Shown: one piece after another, positions 39,403-48,161 of the stretch
Layout of the letters: every line of letters begins with the position of its first letter
How positions within the stretch are numbered: the stretch's first letter is position 1
Notes under the pieces: generated by a model
Told to the model about the DNA's origin: nothing
Database searches by the model: none
Seen by the model: the letters and a program-made list of their open reading frames with translations, nothing else
Source: a bacterium
Lineage (GTDB): Bacteria; UBA10199; 2-02-FULL-44-16; JAAZCA01
Direction of reading: 5' to 3'
DNA: 64,000 bases
NCBI GenBank assembly: GCA_021810905.1
Contig: JAJZQH010000003.1
Coordinates: forward strand, 1,897-65,896
Made by a program: the position numbers and the translations under genes

Positions 39403-40374
39403 TTAAGGACAGAAGGTCATGAGGAACTGCGTATTGCCGGCGCAATTGTGCAGCCCCACGACATCATCATATGAATACGCATACACGCCGCCGGTGCACA
39501 TGCTGTGTATGGCTGCCACGTATTTTGTCGCAGCCACGGGACCCGCGCGGCAGGCGCCCGGGTCGATTGGAGGAGTCGGGCAGCAGTACATCACGGCAGC
39601 GTCGCCCTGCTCGGAGAGGCCCTCGCCGTTGTATCCTGTGTTGTTGGGCCAGTTGAGTTTCTTGCACGGAGAATAGCACCCAAGCGCGGTGTCGGGACTT
39701 GCCGCGTCGAGGACCCTCAGATCCTCGTTGTTATACTCGGGATGCACATCTACCTGTCCCTGGCTTAAGTTCTCGTCGGTCGGGCAGCCGCTTAGATTGA
39801 GGTTTGTGCAGTCGATGGTATTGCAGGAAGAGCAATCCGCGTTGATGCAGGTTGAACCTCCTCCGCCGACGATGGTGACTTTGTAAGGCAAGGAATAACC
39901 GTCGACAGCGCTCGTGTCCCAAGAGGTGATCGGCGGGAGCTTCTGTGCCGGCGCAGAGGGATTCACCGCGCACTGCGTGGGATCGGCATTGGTGCAACCC
40001 CACGTGGCCTCAAATTTGGAATCAATGGGCGGGGCACAGCCTGCTGCCGGGCACGGGTCCGAGCTCTGACCCAACGAGCAGTTCTGGCTGTTGGCATCGC
40101 AACCTGTCTTGGGCCAGAAGCGCGTCGACGCAAGCCCTATATCAGGAATGTTGTAATCCACGTATCCGCCCTTGGCCAATTGAGTGACGGCGGCAGTTCC
40201 GGTGGGCATGTTCGATTGCTGGATCCAGATCGTATAAGAGCAGTTGTTGACGATTCGGAAGAGCGCGGTCTGCGTGGGAAGTCCGCCGCCGCCCCCGCCG
40301 CTGCCGCTTCCTCCTCCACAGCCGAAGCAGAACGCCAATGCGATTATAAGAGACAATGGGCGAAAAATTCTCAT
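39403..40374 (-). CDS. Thaumatin-like (PR-5 family) lipoprotein
   Basis: ORF 39403..40374. Lipobox AFCFGCGGG. Collinear with plant thaumatin by eye: FRIVNNCSYTIW, RFWPKTGC, PPIDSKFEATW, DTSAVDGYSLPYKV, MYCCP, AYSYDD...FLMTFCP*. Confidence 0.8.
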   Translation of the reverse strand: MRIFRPLSLIIALAFCFGCGGGSGSGGGGGGLPTQTALFRIVNNCSYTIWIQQSNMPTGTAAVTQLAKGGYVDYNIPDIGLASTRFWPKTGCDANSQNCSLGQSSDPCPAAGCAPPIDSKFEATWGCTNADPTQCAVNPSAPAQKLPPITSWDTSAVDGYSLPYKVTIVGGGGSTCINADCSSCNTIDCTNLNLSGCPTDENLSQGQVDVHPEYNNEDLRVLDAASPDTALGCYSPCKKLNWPNNTGYNGEGLSEQGDAAVMYCCPTPPIDPGACRAGPVAATKYVAAIHSMCTGGVYAYSYDDVVGLHNCAGNTQFLMTFCP

Positions 40375-40481
40375 GGTAATATCCCCCTGAGCGGTTCGAC
40401 ACTGTAGAATATGATCGGGGACTATAGACTAATAATTATAGAAATCATCAGGAAAATGACTGGCGAAGTTACACAGGTTCT

Positions 40482-41147
40482 TCAACTCGGCTTGCTGTGG
40501 CGCACATCCCTCCCCTTTGCCGTGAATATCGCGAGTTCCGCGATATTGGTGGAGTGATCCGCCATTCGTTCGAGATAGCGGACGATCGAAGTCGCCGGAA
40601 ACAGCCGGTTCAGATTTTCAGGCTCCTTTTCTGCGCGCTCCAGCAATTCCTTCACGTAATACTCGGTGAGATCGTCCACCACGTCGTCGTTATTGAGCAC
40701 TCCCTCGGCCTTTGCCGCGTTGGAGTTGACGAACGCGTCGATGCTGTCCTTGAGCATCATCTGCACATTGTTCGACATCTGAGTGAGATCGATAGGTGAG
40801 TCCCCGTGCTTCACGATATCTATCACGCGGCTCGCCGTGTTGACGGCTAGGTCCCCCACGCGCTCCAGATCCGTCACTATCTTTAGGCCGCGTGTGATAA
40901 AGCGCAGGTCCCACGCCGCGGGCTGGTAGCGCGCAAGCAGCTCTATGCACTGTTCGTCGATGGATACCTCCAGCGCGTTGACCGCATGATCGCTCTCGAT
41001 TATCTGCTGCGCGAGGGCCGTATCGCGCGAGGCCAGGGCCTTCATGCAATCCGCAACCATCGCCTCAACTTTGGATCCCATGAGCAGGATCTGCTGCTTG
41101 AGCGCCTCGATTGCCTCGTCAAAGTGACGATCGATGTGGTGTTCCAT
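40482..41147 (-). CDS. phoU: Phosphate signalling regulator PhoU
   Basis: ORF 40482..41147. Two PhoU repeats (ESDHAVNALEVSIDEQC.., DLERVGDLAVN; DDVVDDL.., YLERMADHSTNIAE). Confidence 0.92.
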   Translation of the reverse strand: MEHHIDRHFDEAIEALKQQILLMGSKVEAMVADCMKALASRDTALAQQIIESDHAVNALEVSIDEQCIELLARYQPAAWDLRFITRGLKIVTDLERVGDLAVNTASRVIDIVKHGDSPIDLTQMSNNVQMMLKDSIDAFVNSNAAKAEGVLNNDDVVDDLTEYYVKELLERAEKEPENLNRLFPATSIVRYLERMADHSTNIAELAIFTAKGRDVRHSKPS

Positions 41148-41155
41148 GATTCCTC

Positions 41156-41908
41156 CTATCCATAGCGTCCGGATATATAGTCTTCAGTGCGTTCGTCGCG
41201 CGGCGCGGTGAAGAGCTGCGTGGTCTTTCCGAATTCTATGAGTTCGCCGAGCAGCATAAAACCGCAGTCCTCGGAGACGCGCGCGGCCTGCTGCATGTTG
41301 TGCGTAACGATGACGATCGTGTATTCGCTCCTGAGGTCCTGCATCAGCTCTTCGATGTGCGCGGTGGCTATAGGGTCGAGCGCCGAGCACGGCTCGTCCA
41401 TGAGCAGGATCTCGGGCTTTGTGGCGAGCGCCCTCGCGATGCAGAGGCGCTGCTGCTGCTCGCCCGAGAGGGAGAGCGCGCCCGTCTTGAGCTTGTCCTT
41501 GAGATCCTCCCACAGCCCCACTCCCGTGAGGCATTTCTCGACTGTCTCCTCCACCTGCGACCTGTTGCCGATACCGTGGATTCTCATCCCGTAAGCGATG
41601 TTCTCGAAAATGTTCAGCGGAAACGGATTCGGGCGCTGGAAGACCATGCCTACGGTCCTGCGCAACTTGAGGATATCCTCATCGAGCAGCGGGCGACCCA
41701 GCACGCTCACGTCTCCCGTGATGCGCACGCCGGGGATGAGGTCGTTCATGCGGTTGAATACGCGAAGCAAAGTGGACTTGCCGCAACCCGAAGGTCCGAT
41801 GATCGAGGTGATGCGTTTGGGCGCAATGGAGACGGACACGGACTTCAGCGCATGGAAGTCGCCATAGAACAAGTTCAGGTCTGTGCAGGTTATGGAATCC
41901 ATCCTCAT
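41156..41908 (-). CDS. pstB: Phosphate ABC transporter ATP-binding protein PstB (canonical)
   Basis: ORF 41156..41908. [10 protein letters not shown]-loop [33 protein letters not shown] and H-loop [10 protein letters not shown]. Confidence 0.93.
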   Translation of the reverse strand: MRMDSITCTDLNLFYGDFHALKSVSVSIAPKRITSIIGPSGCGKSTLLRVFNRMNDLIPGVRITGDVSVLGRPLLDEDILKLRRTVGMVFQRPNPFPLNIFENIAYGMRIHGIGNRSQVEETVEKCLTGVGLWEDLKDKLKTGALSLSGEQQQRLCIARALATKPEILLMDEPCSALDPIATAHIEELMQDLRSEYTIVIVTHNMQQAARVSEDCGFMLLGELIEFGKTTQLFTAPRDERTEDYISGRYG

Positions 41909-42669
41909 CCAAACTTTCCAGTTACGTAATCCTCGGTGCGTTTGTCGCCCGGGGCGGTGAAGATCTTATTTGTATCGTCTACCTCTATCAGTTTTCCCAT
42001 GAGCAGAAAGGCCGTGCGGTCGCCCACTCGCGCTGCCTGCTTCGTGTTATTCGTGACGAGGATCAGCGTGTGCCTCGCCTTGAGTTCCTTCATCGCCTCT
42101 TCCACCTTTGCGGTGGAGATCGGGTCGAGGCCAGAGCACGGCTCGTCGAACATTATCACTTCGGGGCCCACCGCGAGCGTGCGCGCGATGCAGAGCCTCT
42201 GCTGCTGCCCGCCGGAGAGCTTCACCGCCGAACTGTCGAGCCTGTCCTTGACCTCGTCCCAGAGATAGGAGGCTACGAGCGTCTGCTCCACGAGATCGTC
42301 GGATGCCGATTTTCGAAGCCTGCGCACGAGTCTGGGTCCGAAGAGGATATTGTCGCGTATGCTCATGGGAAGCGGTATCGGCATCGCATAGACCATTCCG
42401 ATGCGCCGCCGCAACTCCTGGACGTCCCTGATTGCAGCCACGTCCTGCCCGCCCAGAAGAACGCTCCCTTCCACCGTGGCGTTGGTGACGCGCTCTATCA
42501 TACGGTTGATCGCCATGAGCAGCGTCGACTTGCCTGAGTTGGCCGGACCGATAATAGAGAGGATTTCGTTCTCCGCGATGTTGAGGGTCACCCCTTGCAA
42601 GGCAACTGCATCGCCGAATCTCACGCTGAGATCCAAAATTTCTATCTTGTTCTTCATGCGCGCCGTCAT
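41905..42669 (-). CDS. PstB paralog with degenerate Q-loop and H-loop
   Basis: ORF 41905..42669. [18 protein letters not shown] and [12 protein letters not shown] are retained. The Q-loop reads [12 protein letters not shown] (Q to A) and the H-loop reads [11 protein letters not shown] (H to N). Confidence 0.85.
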   Translation of the reverse strand: MTARMKNKIEILDLSVRFGDAVALQGVTLNIAENEILSIIGPANSGKSTLLMAINRMIERVTNATVEGSVLLGGQDVAAIRDVQELRRRIGMVYAMPIPLPMSIRDNILFGPRLVRRLRKSASDDLVEQTLVASYLWDEVKDRLDSSAVKLSGGQQQRLCIARTLAVGPEVIMFDEPCSGLDPISTAKVEEAMKELKARHTLILVTNNTKQAARVGDRTAFLLMGKLIEVDDTNKIFTAPGDKRTEDYVTGKFG

Positions 42670-43508
42670 GCCGCCCTCCGGCCGCGCATCAAGCGATGCA
42701 TCATCGTGTACGCCGTTATGTTGATGACGAGTATCGTGCAGATAAGGACGGCGGCCGTTGCGTACGCGTTGTCGTTCGATATCCCCTCACGCGCCAGGAT
42801 GTAAAAATGCACGGACATCGTGCGCGCGGAATCGAAGAGCGAGCGCGGCATCTGCACGGCGGAGCCCGCGGTGAATATGACGACTGCGGTCTCTTCTATC
42901 GAGCGGCCGATACCGAGGATTACGCCGGTGAGTACGCCTGGCAGCGCGTACGGAAGCACGGCGCGCGTCACTACCTGCCAGCGCGTAGCGCCGAGCGATG
43001 CGGCCACGTCGCGATAGTTGCGAGGCACCGCGCGCATTGCCTCTTCCGCCGTGCGGATGATGGTGGGCAGCACCATCGCGGCGAGCGAGAGGCCGCCGGA
43101 GATTATCGACCACCCGAAACCCAGCATAACCACGAATAGGATGAAGCCGAAGAGTCCGAATATTATCGATGGAACGCCCGCAAGGCAATTGATGCCGAAG
43201 CGGATCGTCTGCGTGACCTTGCCCTCCTGCGTGTATTCAGCGAGATAGATCGCTGAGGCGATGCCGAGCGGAGCCGCGATACCTATCGCCACGAACACCA
43301 TGAGGATCGTGCCCACGATGGCGGGCAGGATGCCGCCCGCGCGGCCCATATCCAGAATCGGCTCTGTGAGGAATGCCCACGTCACGTGCTTGAGGCCGCC
43401 TACCAGCACGAAGCCTATAACGAAGACGAGCGCCGCAACTGCCGACGCGCACGCGAGCGTGAGTGAAATCTTCGCGATCTTCTGCGTTATGGACGGCGGA
43501 ATGCGCAT
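42666..43508 (-). CDS. pstA: Phosphate ABC transporter permease PstA
   Basis: ORF 42666..43508. Position and typical permease EAA-loop region (EAMRAVPRNYRDVAASLGATRWQ). Confidence 0.9.
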   Translation of the reverse strand: MRIPPSITQKIAKISLTLACASAVAALVFVIGFVLVGGLKHVTWAFLTEPILDMGRAGGILPAIVGTILMVFVAIGIAAPLGIASAIYLAEYTQEGKVTQTIRFGINCLAGVPSIIFGLFGFILFVVMLGFGWSIISGGLSLAAMVLPTIIRTAEEAMRAVPRNYRDVAASLGATRWQVVTRAVLPYALPGVLTGVILGIGRSIEETAVVIFTAGSAVQMPRSLFDSARTMSVHFYILAREGISNDNAYATAAVLICTILVINITAYTMMHRLMRGRRAA

Positions 43509-44390
43509 CTAGAATCGCCTCCTCGCCACGCGCAGCGCCACGGTGTTGAGCGCCATGATGAAGAAGAAGAGGACTATGCCCGTCGCGAAGAGCGCCTCGC
43601 GGTGATCGCCCACCGCGTAACCCATCTCGATGGCGATGTTGGCGGTGAGCGTTCGCACGGAATCGAGTATGGAATGCGGAATCTGCGTGGCGTTGCCGGA
43701 GATCATGATCACGGCCATGGTCTCGCCGACCGCGCGCCCCATGCCGAGGATCACGCCCGCGAGAATGCCGGAACGTGCTGCCGGAAGAATCACTCGCCAC
43801 GCGGTCTGCCACTCCGTCGCCCCGAGCGCGAGCGAGCCTTCCTTGTAGCTCCTGGGCACCGCATGGATCGCGTCGATCGATACGCCCACTATCGTGGGCA
43901 GGATCATGATGGCCAGCACGCAGGAAGCCGCGAGTATCGAAAGCCCCGGCCCACCCAGATGTACTCTAATGATAGGGGCCAGCCACATGACTCCGAGAAA
44001 TCCGTAAACCACCGAAGGGATGCCGGCGAGAAGCTCGATGGCGGGCTTGAGCACTGCGGCGAGCCTGGCCGGAGCAAACTCCGCGAGAAAGACCGCGCAT
44101 GCGACACCAAGCGGCACGCCGAGTATCAACGCCCCTGCGGTAACCCACAGCGATCCTATTATAAAAGGAAGTATGCCGAACTGCCCTTCGAGCGGAGACC
44201 ATATCCTGCCAAAGAGAAAATGGCCGAGCCCGCTCCTGATAATGATCGGCACGCCCTCCTTGAATATAAAGAGGGCAATGAGCGCCAGGATCGCAATCGA
44301 GGAGCACGCGGCGATAAAGAGCAGCTTTGAAATAAATCGATCCATAAGAAAGCTTGTGAGGCAAGCGACGGGATGGAGTATTCTCGGCAC
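43509..44390 (-). CDS. pstC: Phosphate ABC transporter permease PstC
   Basis: ORF 43509..44390 (the start could be ATG 44345, MDRFISKLLF). EAA-loop-like DAIHAVPRSYKEGSLALGATEWQ. Confidence 0.88.
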   Translation of the reverse strand: MPRILHPVACLTSFLMDRFISKLLFIAACSSIAILALIALFIFKEGVPIIIRSGLGHFLFGRIWSPLEGQFGILPFIIGSLWVTAGALILGVPLGVACAVFLAEFAPARLAAVLKPAIELLAGIPSVVYGFLGVMWLAPIIRVHLGGPGLSILAASCVLAIMILPTIVGVSIDAIHAVPRSYKEGSLALGATEWQTAWRVILPAARSGILAGVILGMGRAVGETMAVIMISGNATQIPHSILDSVRTLTANIAIEMGYAVGDHREALFATGIVLFFFIMALNTVALRVARRRF

Positions 44391-44430
44391 GCCTTCGTCG
44401 CCTCAGACGCCGGCTCCTCGTCTGCCCTCC

Positions 44431-44467
44431 GGACGCCGCGTTATTAGAGGCTTAGAAAGCGGCGTCC
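44431..44467 (-). other. Intercistronic hairpin between pstS and pstC
   Basis: 9-bp GC-rich stem GGACGCCGC (44431-44439) / GCGGCGTCC (44459-44467) with a 19-nt loop. No T-run, so a possible processing or attenuation element. Confidence 0.35.
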
Positions 44468-44510
44468 TCCGAGCGCCGAGAAAACTCCATCCCGTCGCTC
44501 GCCTCCAGAG

Positions 44511-45329
44511 TTATTTTGCTGCTATGAGTCCTTCCTTTTCGAGCGTCTTCTGCGCCTCGTCCGAGAGCATGTAATCGAGGAACGCCTTTGTCTGCGGAGA
44601 CGGTTCGCCCTTGGTGAGCAGGAAGATCGGCCGTGCGAGCGGGTACGATCCATTCTTCACGTTGGTGTCGTTTGCCGGAACTCCGTTATAGGTGAGCGCC
44701 TTGACCTTGTCGTTCACCAACCCGATGGAGACATAGCCGATCGCTGTCGGATCGGAGGCAACTGCCTGACGAACGGTGCCCGTTGAGTTTTGGAAGAGCG
44801 CTGAAGGCGCGAGCTTCGCGCCGACCAGCACCAGCTTGTCAAATGAGCGCCGCGTGCCGCTCCCCTCCTCGCGCGAGATCACGTGGATCGGCGAATCGCT
44901 GCCGCCCAGATCCTTCCAGTTTGCAACTTTGCCGGAGAATACGTCTCGCGCCTGATCGATGGTGAGCGCCTTGATGGAATTCACCGGGTTCACGACGATT
45001 GCTATGCCATCGCGGGCAACGACCGTTGATTTGAGCGCCGCTGCCTCAGGCGGGAGTTCGAGCAGATCCGCCATGCCGATCTGCGCCGCGCCCGAAAGCG
45101 CCGACTGTATGCCCACTGCGGAGCCGCCGCCTTGCACGTTGATCTGCACGTCCTTGTGCGTCTCGCCGTAGCGCTCCGCGAGCTTCTCGGCGAACGGCTG
45201 GAACGCGGTCGAACCGGCCAGGGTAATCGAATTTGCTGATGCGCGCGAGCATCCATTGCTTGCCAACGCGGCGAAGACGAAACCGCAACTCACAAATACA
45301 GCCAGGGCCTTCATTGATATCCTGTTCAT
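44511..45329 (-). CDS. pstS: Phosphate-binding lipoprotein PstS
   Basis: ORF 44511..45383 trimmed to ATG 45329 (MNRISMKALAVFVSCGF..SNGCS) behind GGAGG. PBP motifs GSTAFQP and SREEGSGTR. Confidence 0.9.
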   Translation of the reverse strand: MNRISMKALAVFVSCGFVFAALASNGCSRASANSITLAGSTAFQPFAEKLAERYGETHKDVQINVQGGGSAVGIQSALSGAAQIGMADLLELPPEAAALKSTVVARDGIAIVVNPVNSIKALTIDQARDVFSGKVANWKDLGGSDSPIHVISREEGSGTRRSFDKLVLVGAKLAPSALFQNSTGTVRQAVASDPTAIGYVSIGLVNDKVKALTYNGVPANDTNVKNGSYPLARPIFLLTKGEPSPQTKAFLDYMLSDEAQKTLEKEGLIAAK

Positions 45330-45384
45330 GTGATGCCTCCGTTTTGTTATCAAGCAATTGAGTAATGAACCAACATGAGTCACA

Positions 45385-45412
45385 TGTTCGAAATTTGTTA
45401 AAAAAATGTTAA
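45385..45412 (-). promoter_or_regulatory. Pho-box-like triple direct repeat upstream of pstS
   Basis: The minus strand reads TTAACA-ttttt-TTAACA-aattt-CGAACA (hexamers every 11 bp), 56-83 nt upstream of ATG 45329. Confidence 0.6.
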
Positions 45413-45442
45413 GGCGGCTTTATCGTCATAAAGCAAGGCATT

Positions 45443-46591
45443 TCATAGATATAACTGCAGCTGGACCCTCGCACGGTGGTCGATCTCTCCCTGAATGAAC
45501 CCCGGCGCTCCACCGGTCGTGACGATATTGGCTGGCCCGTTCACTCCGGCAGTTCCTCCAGCGCCTTTAACGAGTGCTCCGTTGATGAGGGCGCTGTAAT
45601 CCGCCTGAATTTTCAGATTGTGGCCGAAGAAGTAATAGTTGAAACATGCACCGGCTTCATAACCTTTAGTCACGCCTCCGGTGGGAACAACCCCCGCGAA
45701 TCTCCCCGCGACCTCAAAACGCTTTGGAATCAGAAAATAGCCGGCCTCGCCAAGGAAGCCGAACGTGTTTGTCTTTGCAGTGTGGTTCCTCAGGTAGTTG
45801 CCCTCACCATATAGGGAGAATCCCCGATACTGCAGGATGACATCGCTGGTCGTTGCTATTGTCGTGGCCTCGGGAACGGTTCCGCCGAGACGATTGTAGT
45901 TGCCGGCAATACCCACTGCCAGTTTAGGCGTCTCGGAAAAATCCAGATCGCTTATCGTGTAACCGGGCTCACCCAGGATGTTGAAGACAAGTCGGCCGCC
46001 CACAAGAAACATGAGATTGCGATTTGCAGCGTTAATATTGTTTCCGTCGTTAACCGCGAACACCGAATATTCCAGCCACCTGTCAACCGGCTTTCCGTGC
46101 ATCTCAATTCCCAGACCGCGGCCGAACGAGAAGGCCTCGTTGTTTACCGAGCGATCCACGAACTGCAGCTTCGTACTAGAAGTCAGCTCTTCCCTGTTAT
46201 AGGGCGCCTTAAACTGCCCGGCTTTCACTTGAATCCCATGACCGAAGTCATAATTGATGTATGCATCGCGCAGGTTCGGCCCGGTGTAAGCGACTCCAGG
46301 CGAAGCATTGGTCGTTCTGCCGCCCACCGCTTCAAACTGAACTTTGTAAGTAAGCTCTTTTGTGAAGGCATGCCCTGAAAAGATGAGCCGGCCGCGCCTG
46401 ATCTGAAACGAATTCGTCTTGCCGTGTCCTTCGATTGATACGAATTGATACTGCGGTTGCAGTTGGATTCCGAATTTCAATTCAAACTTTCCGTCGTCGG
46501 ATTCGAGCGTCAAGGGCTTATCGGCCCATGCCGCACGCCCTCCGCCGATGATGAACAGCACACCGATCAGCATTATGATAATCTTCCGCAT
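45443..46591 (-). CDS. Phosphate-selective porin O/P family outer-membrane protein
   Basis: ORF 45443..46591. Signal peptide, then alternating beta-strand pattern ending ...RARVQLQLYL. Sits in the Pho cluster. Confidence 0.75.
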   Translation of the reverse strand: MRKIIIMLIGVLFIIGGGRAAWADKPLTLESDDGKFELKFGIQLQPQYQFVSIEGHGKTNSFQIRRGRLIFSGHAFTKELTYKVQFEAVGGRTTNASPGVAYTGPNLRDAYINYDFGHGIQVKAGQFKAPYNREELTSSTKLQFVDRSVNNEAFSFGRGLGIEMHGKPVDRWLEYSVFAVNDGNNINAANRNLMFLVGGRLVFNILGEPGYTISDLDFSETPKLAVGIAGNYNRLGGTVPEATTIATTSDVILQYRGFSLYGEGNYLRNHTAKTNTFGFLGEAGYFLIPKRFEVAGRFAGVVPTGGVTKGYEAGACFNYYFFGHNLKIQADYSALINGALVKGAGGTAGVNGPANIVTTGGAPGFIQGEIDHRARVQLQLYL

Positions 46592-46698
46592 CTAACGCTC
46601 CTTTCCTCACATTGAAAGTGCTCGTGATTGACGACGAGGATGACCTGCAGGACTGCGCCACGACCTGGACAATATAGATCAAATCGTTACGAACGCCT

Positions 46699-46726
46699 TG
46701 TTCGGAAATCGTTAGAAAATTGTTAA
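46699..46726 (-). promoter_or_regulatory. Pho-box-like triple direct repeat upstream of the porin gene
   Basis: The minus strand reads TTAACA-atttt-CTAACG-atttc-CGAACA, nearly superimposable on the pstS site. Confidence 0.55.
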
Positions 46727-46751
46727 TGCGTGAACTTGTAGCTCATCAAGA

Positions 46752-46901
46752 CAATGAATGCTCCCCGCGGCAAGCCGCGGGGTATCACCGGCAACATCTC
46801 CGATCACCCTCACCCCTGCCTACCGGCAGGCAGGCTTCCCTCTCCCCTCAAGGGAGAGTGGCGGAACCCCCGCAACAAGCTGCGGGGAATCATCTCATTG
46901 A
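46752..46901 (+). mobile_element. MITE/REP-like three-hairpin element, copy b (with ~20-bp internal insertion)
   Basis: caatgaatgctccccgcggcaagccgcgggg...ccctctcccctcaagggagag...cccgcaacaagctgcggggaatcatctcattga. It ends directly against the stop codon (46902-46904) of the phosphatase gene. Confidence 0.8.
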
Positions 46902-48059
46902 CTATCTTTCAAAGAGTGCGGTTGAAATGAGGCGATGTATATCGGTATTTTCGATCGTCCCTGACTTGAAGTGGTCCTTCATGCCAATCGCGAAGAGAGG
47001 GACGTCGACTGCGGTGTGCGCGGCCTCAAGTGAAGCGGGATCGTTCGGATCGAGGACGCGCGGATACGCAGAGTGCGGACCCGTCGCCCACGTGATGATC
47101 GGGTAAAGCCTTCCGTCTGCATCCTCGCCGGCATTTGCGAGGACGCTGCTGCCTGCCTTCGCATAGCCGTTTATCGCAAGTCCGCCGGTTTCGTGATCCG
47201 CCGTCACCAGTATCAGCGCCTTCTCCGGATCCGTCATCGAGGCACCGGCGCGGACAGCGGCGTCGAACTCGATGGTTTCTTCAAACGCGTCGTGCGCCCG
47301 GTTATCATGTTCTGCCTGGTCGATTCGACCGCCCTCGACCATGAGGAAAAATCCTTTTGGATTTTTTGAGAGCCGTTCGATGGCGATCTTCGTCATCTCG
47401 GGGAGCGAGGGCCCTGAATATCCGGACTGCTTTCTCTCGAGCACAAATGGGATATGGCTGTCCGCGAAGCAGCCGACAACCTTTTGATCGATCGGCGCCA
47501 TCTTTATATCCCGCAGATTGTATGCCAGCGTGAAGCCCTTCCTGGTCACTTCATCCTTTGAGAAATATTTACAGCCACCTCCCATTGTCACATCGATCTC
47601 CGAGTCCAGCAGCTGGCCCGCGATTTTTTGCTCCTCGTTGCGATCAGCAACGTGTGCATAAAAACCCGCCGGCGTTGCATGGGTGATGCGAGTAGTGGTG
47701 ACGAGACCCACGGAGAGCCCCATTTTTTTTGCCTCTTCGGCTATCGTTACGAGCCTGTGATTCAGATCGCACCTGGGTCCCAGACCTAGACAACCGTTAT
47801 CGGCCTTGCTTCCGGTAGCCATAGCTGTAATTGCAGCCGCTGAGTCGGTCACCATCTTGTTGTGAGATCCTGTGCGCACGTGAGCGATGAGCGGGAGCTC
47901 ATCAATGAAGAGACCGCCGCGCCGCTCATTCTTATAAAGCCGAGTTGCAGTGATATCCGCGACGCCCATCCCGTCTCCGATGAAGAGGATGACATCTCTC
48001 GCATGAGCGGTTTGCGAGATGAGGCATGCTGCCAGCGCTATTGCAATTTTGAATTTCAT
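46902..48059 (-). CDS. phoA: Alkaline phosphatase (PhoA family), secreted
   Basis: ORF 46902..48059. Signal peptide, ILFIGDGMG, active-site VTDSAAAITAMATG and ADHETGG. Confidence 0.88.
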   Translation of the reverse strand: MKFKIAIALAACLISQTAHARDVILFIGDGMGVADITATRLYKNERRGGLFIDELPLIAHVRTGSHNKMVTDSAAAITAMATGSKADNGCLGLGPRCDLNHRLVTIAEEAKKMGLSVGLVTTTRITHATPAGFYAHVADRNEEQKIAGQLLDSEIDVTMGGGCKYFSKDEVTRKGFTLAYNLRDIKMAPIDQKVVGCFADSHIPFVLERKQSGYSGPSLPEMTKIAIERLSKNPKGFFLMVEGGRIDQAEHDNRAHDAFEETIEFDAAVRAGASMTDPEKALILVTADHETGGLAINGYAKAGSSVLANAGEDADGRLYPIITWATGPHSAYPRVLDPNDPASLEAAHTAVDVPLFAIGMKDHFKSGTIENTDIHRLISTALFER

Positions 48060-48103
48060 GGTTGTCTCCTTATCCAGTTATTATGAAATAAATATTTTGA
48101 ACG

Positions 48104-48126
48104 TGTAAAAAATTTGTAAGCGTTAA
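48104..48126 (-). promoter_or_regulatory. Pho-box-like repeats upstream of the alkaline phosphatase gene
   Basis: The minus strand reads TTAACG-CTTACA-aattt-TTTACA, 45-65 nt upstream of ATG 48059. Confidence 0.45.
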
Positions 48127-48161
48127 CTCATTGTCGCTGCCCGATCTGGCTCAATGCCGAT

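Noticed and set aside
46720-47106. ORFs encoding ...ECSPRQAAGYHRQH...PQQAAGNHLI... peptides (46720..47106, 55776..56039, also 23512..23766)
   Set aside because: They are seeded by the stop-free frame of the MITE/hairpin repeats and then run into antisense of neighbouring genes. They are not independent genes.
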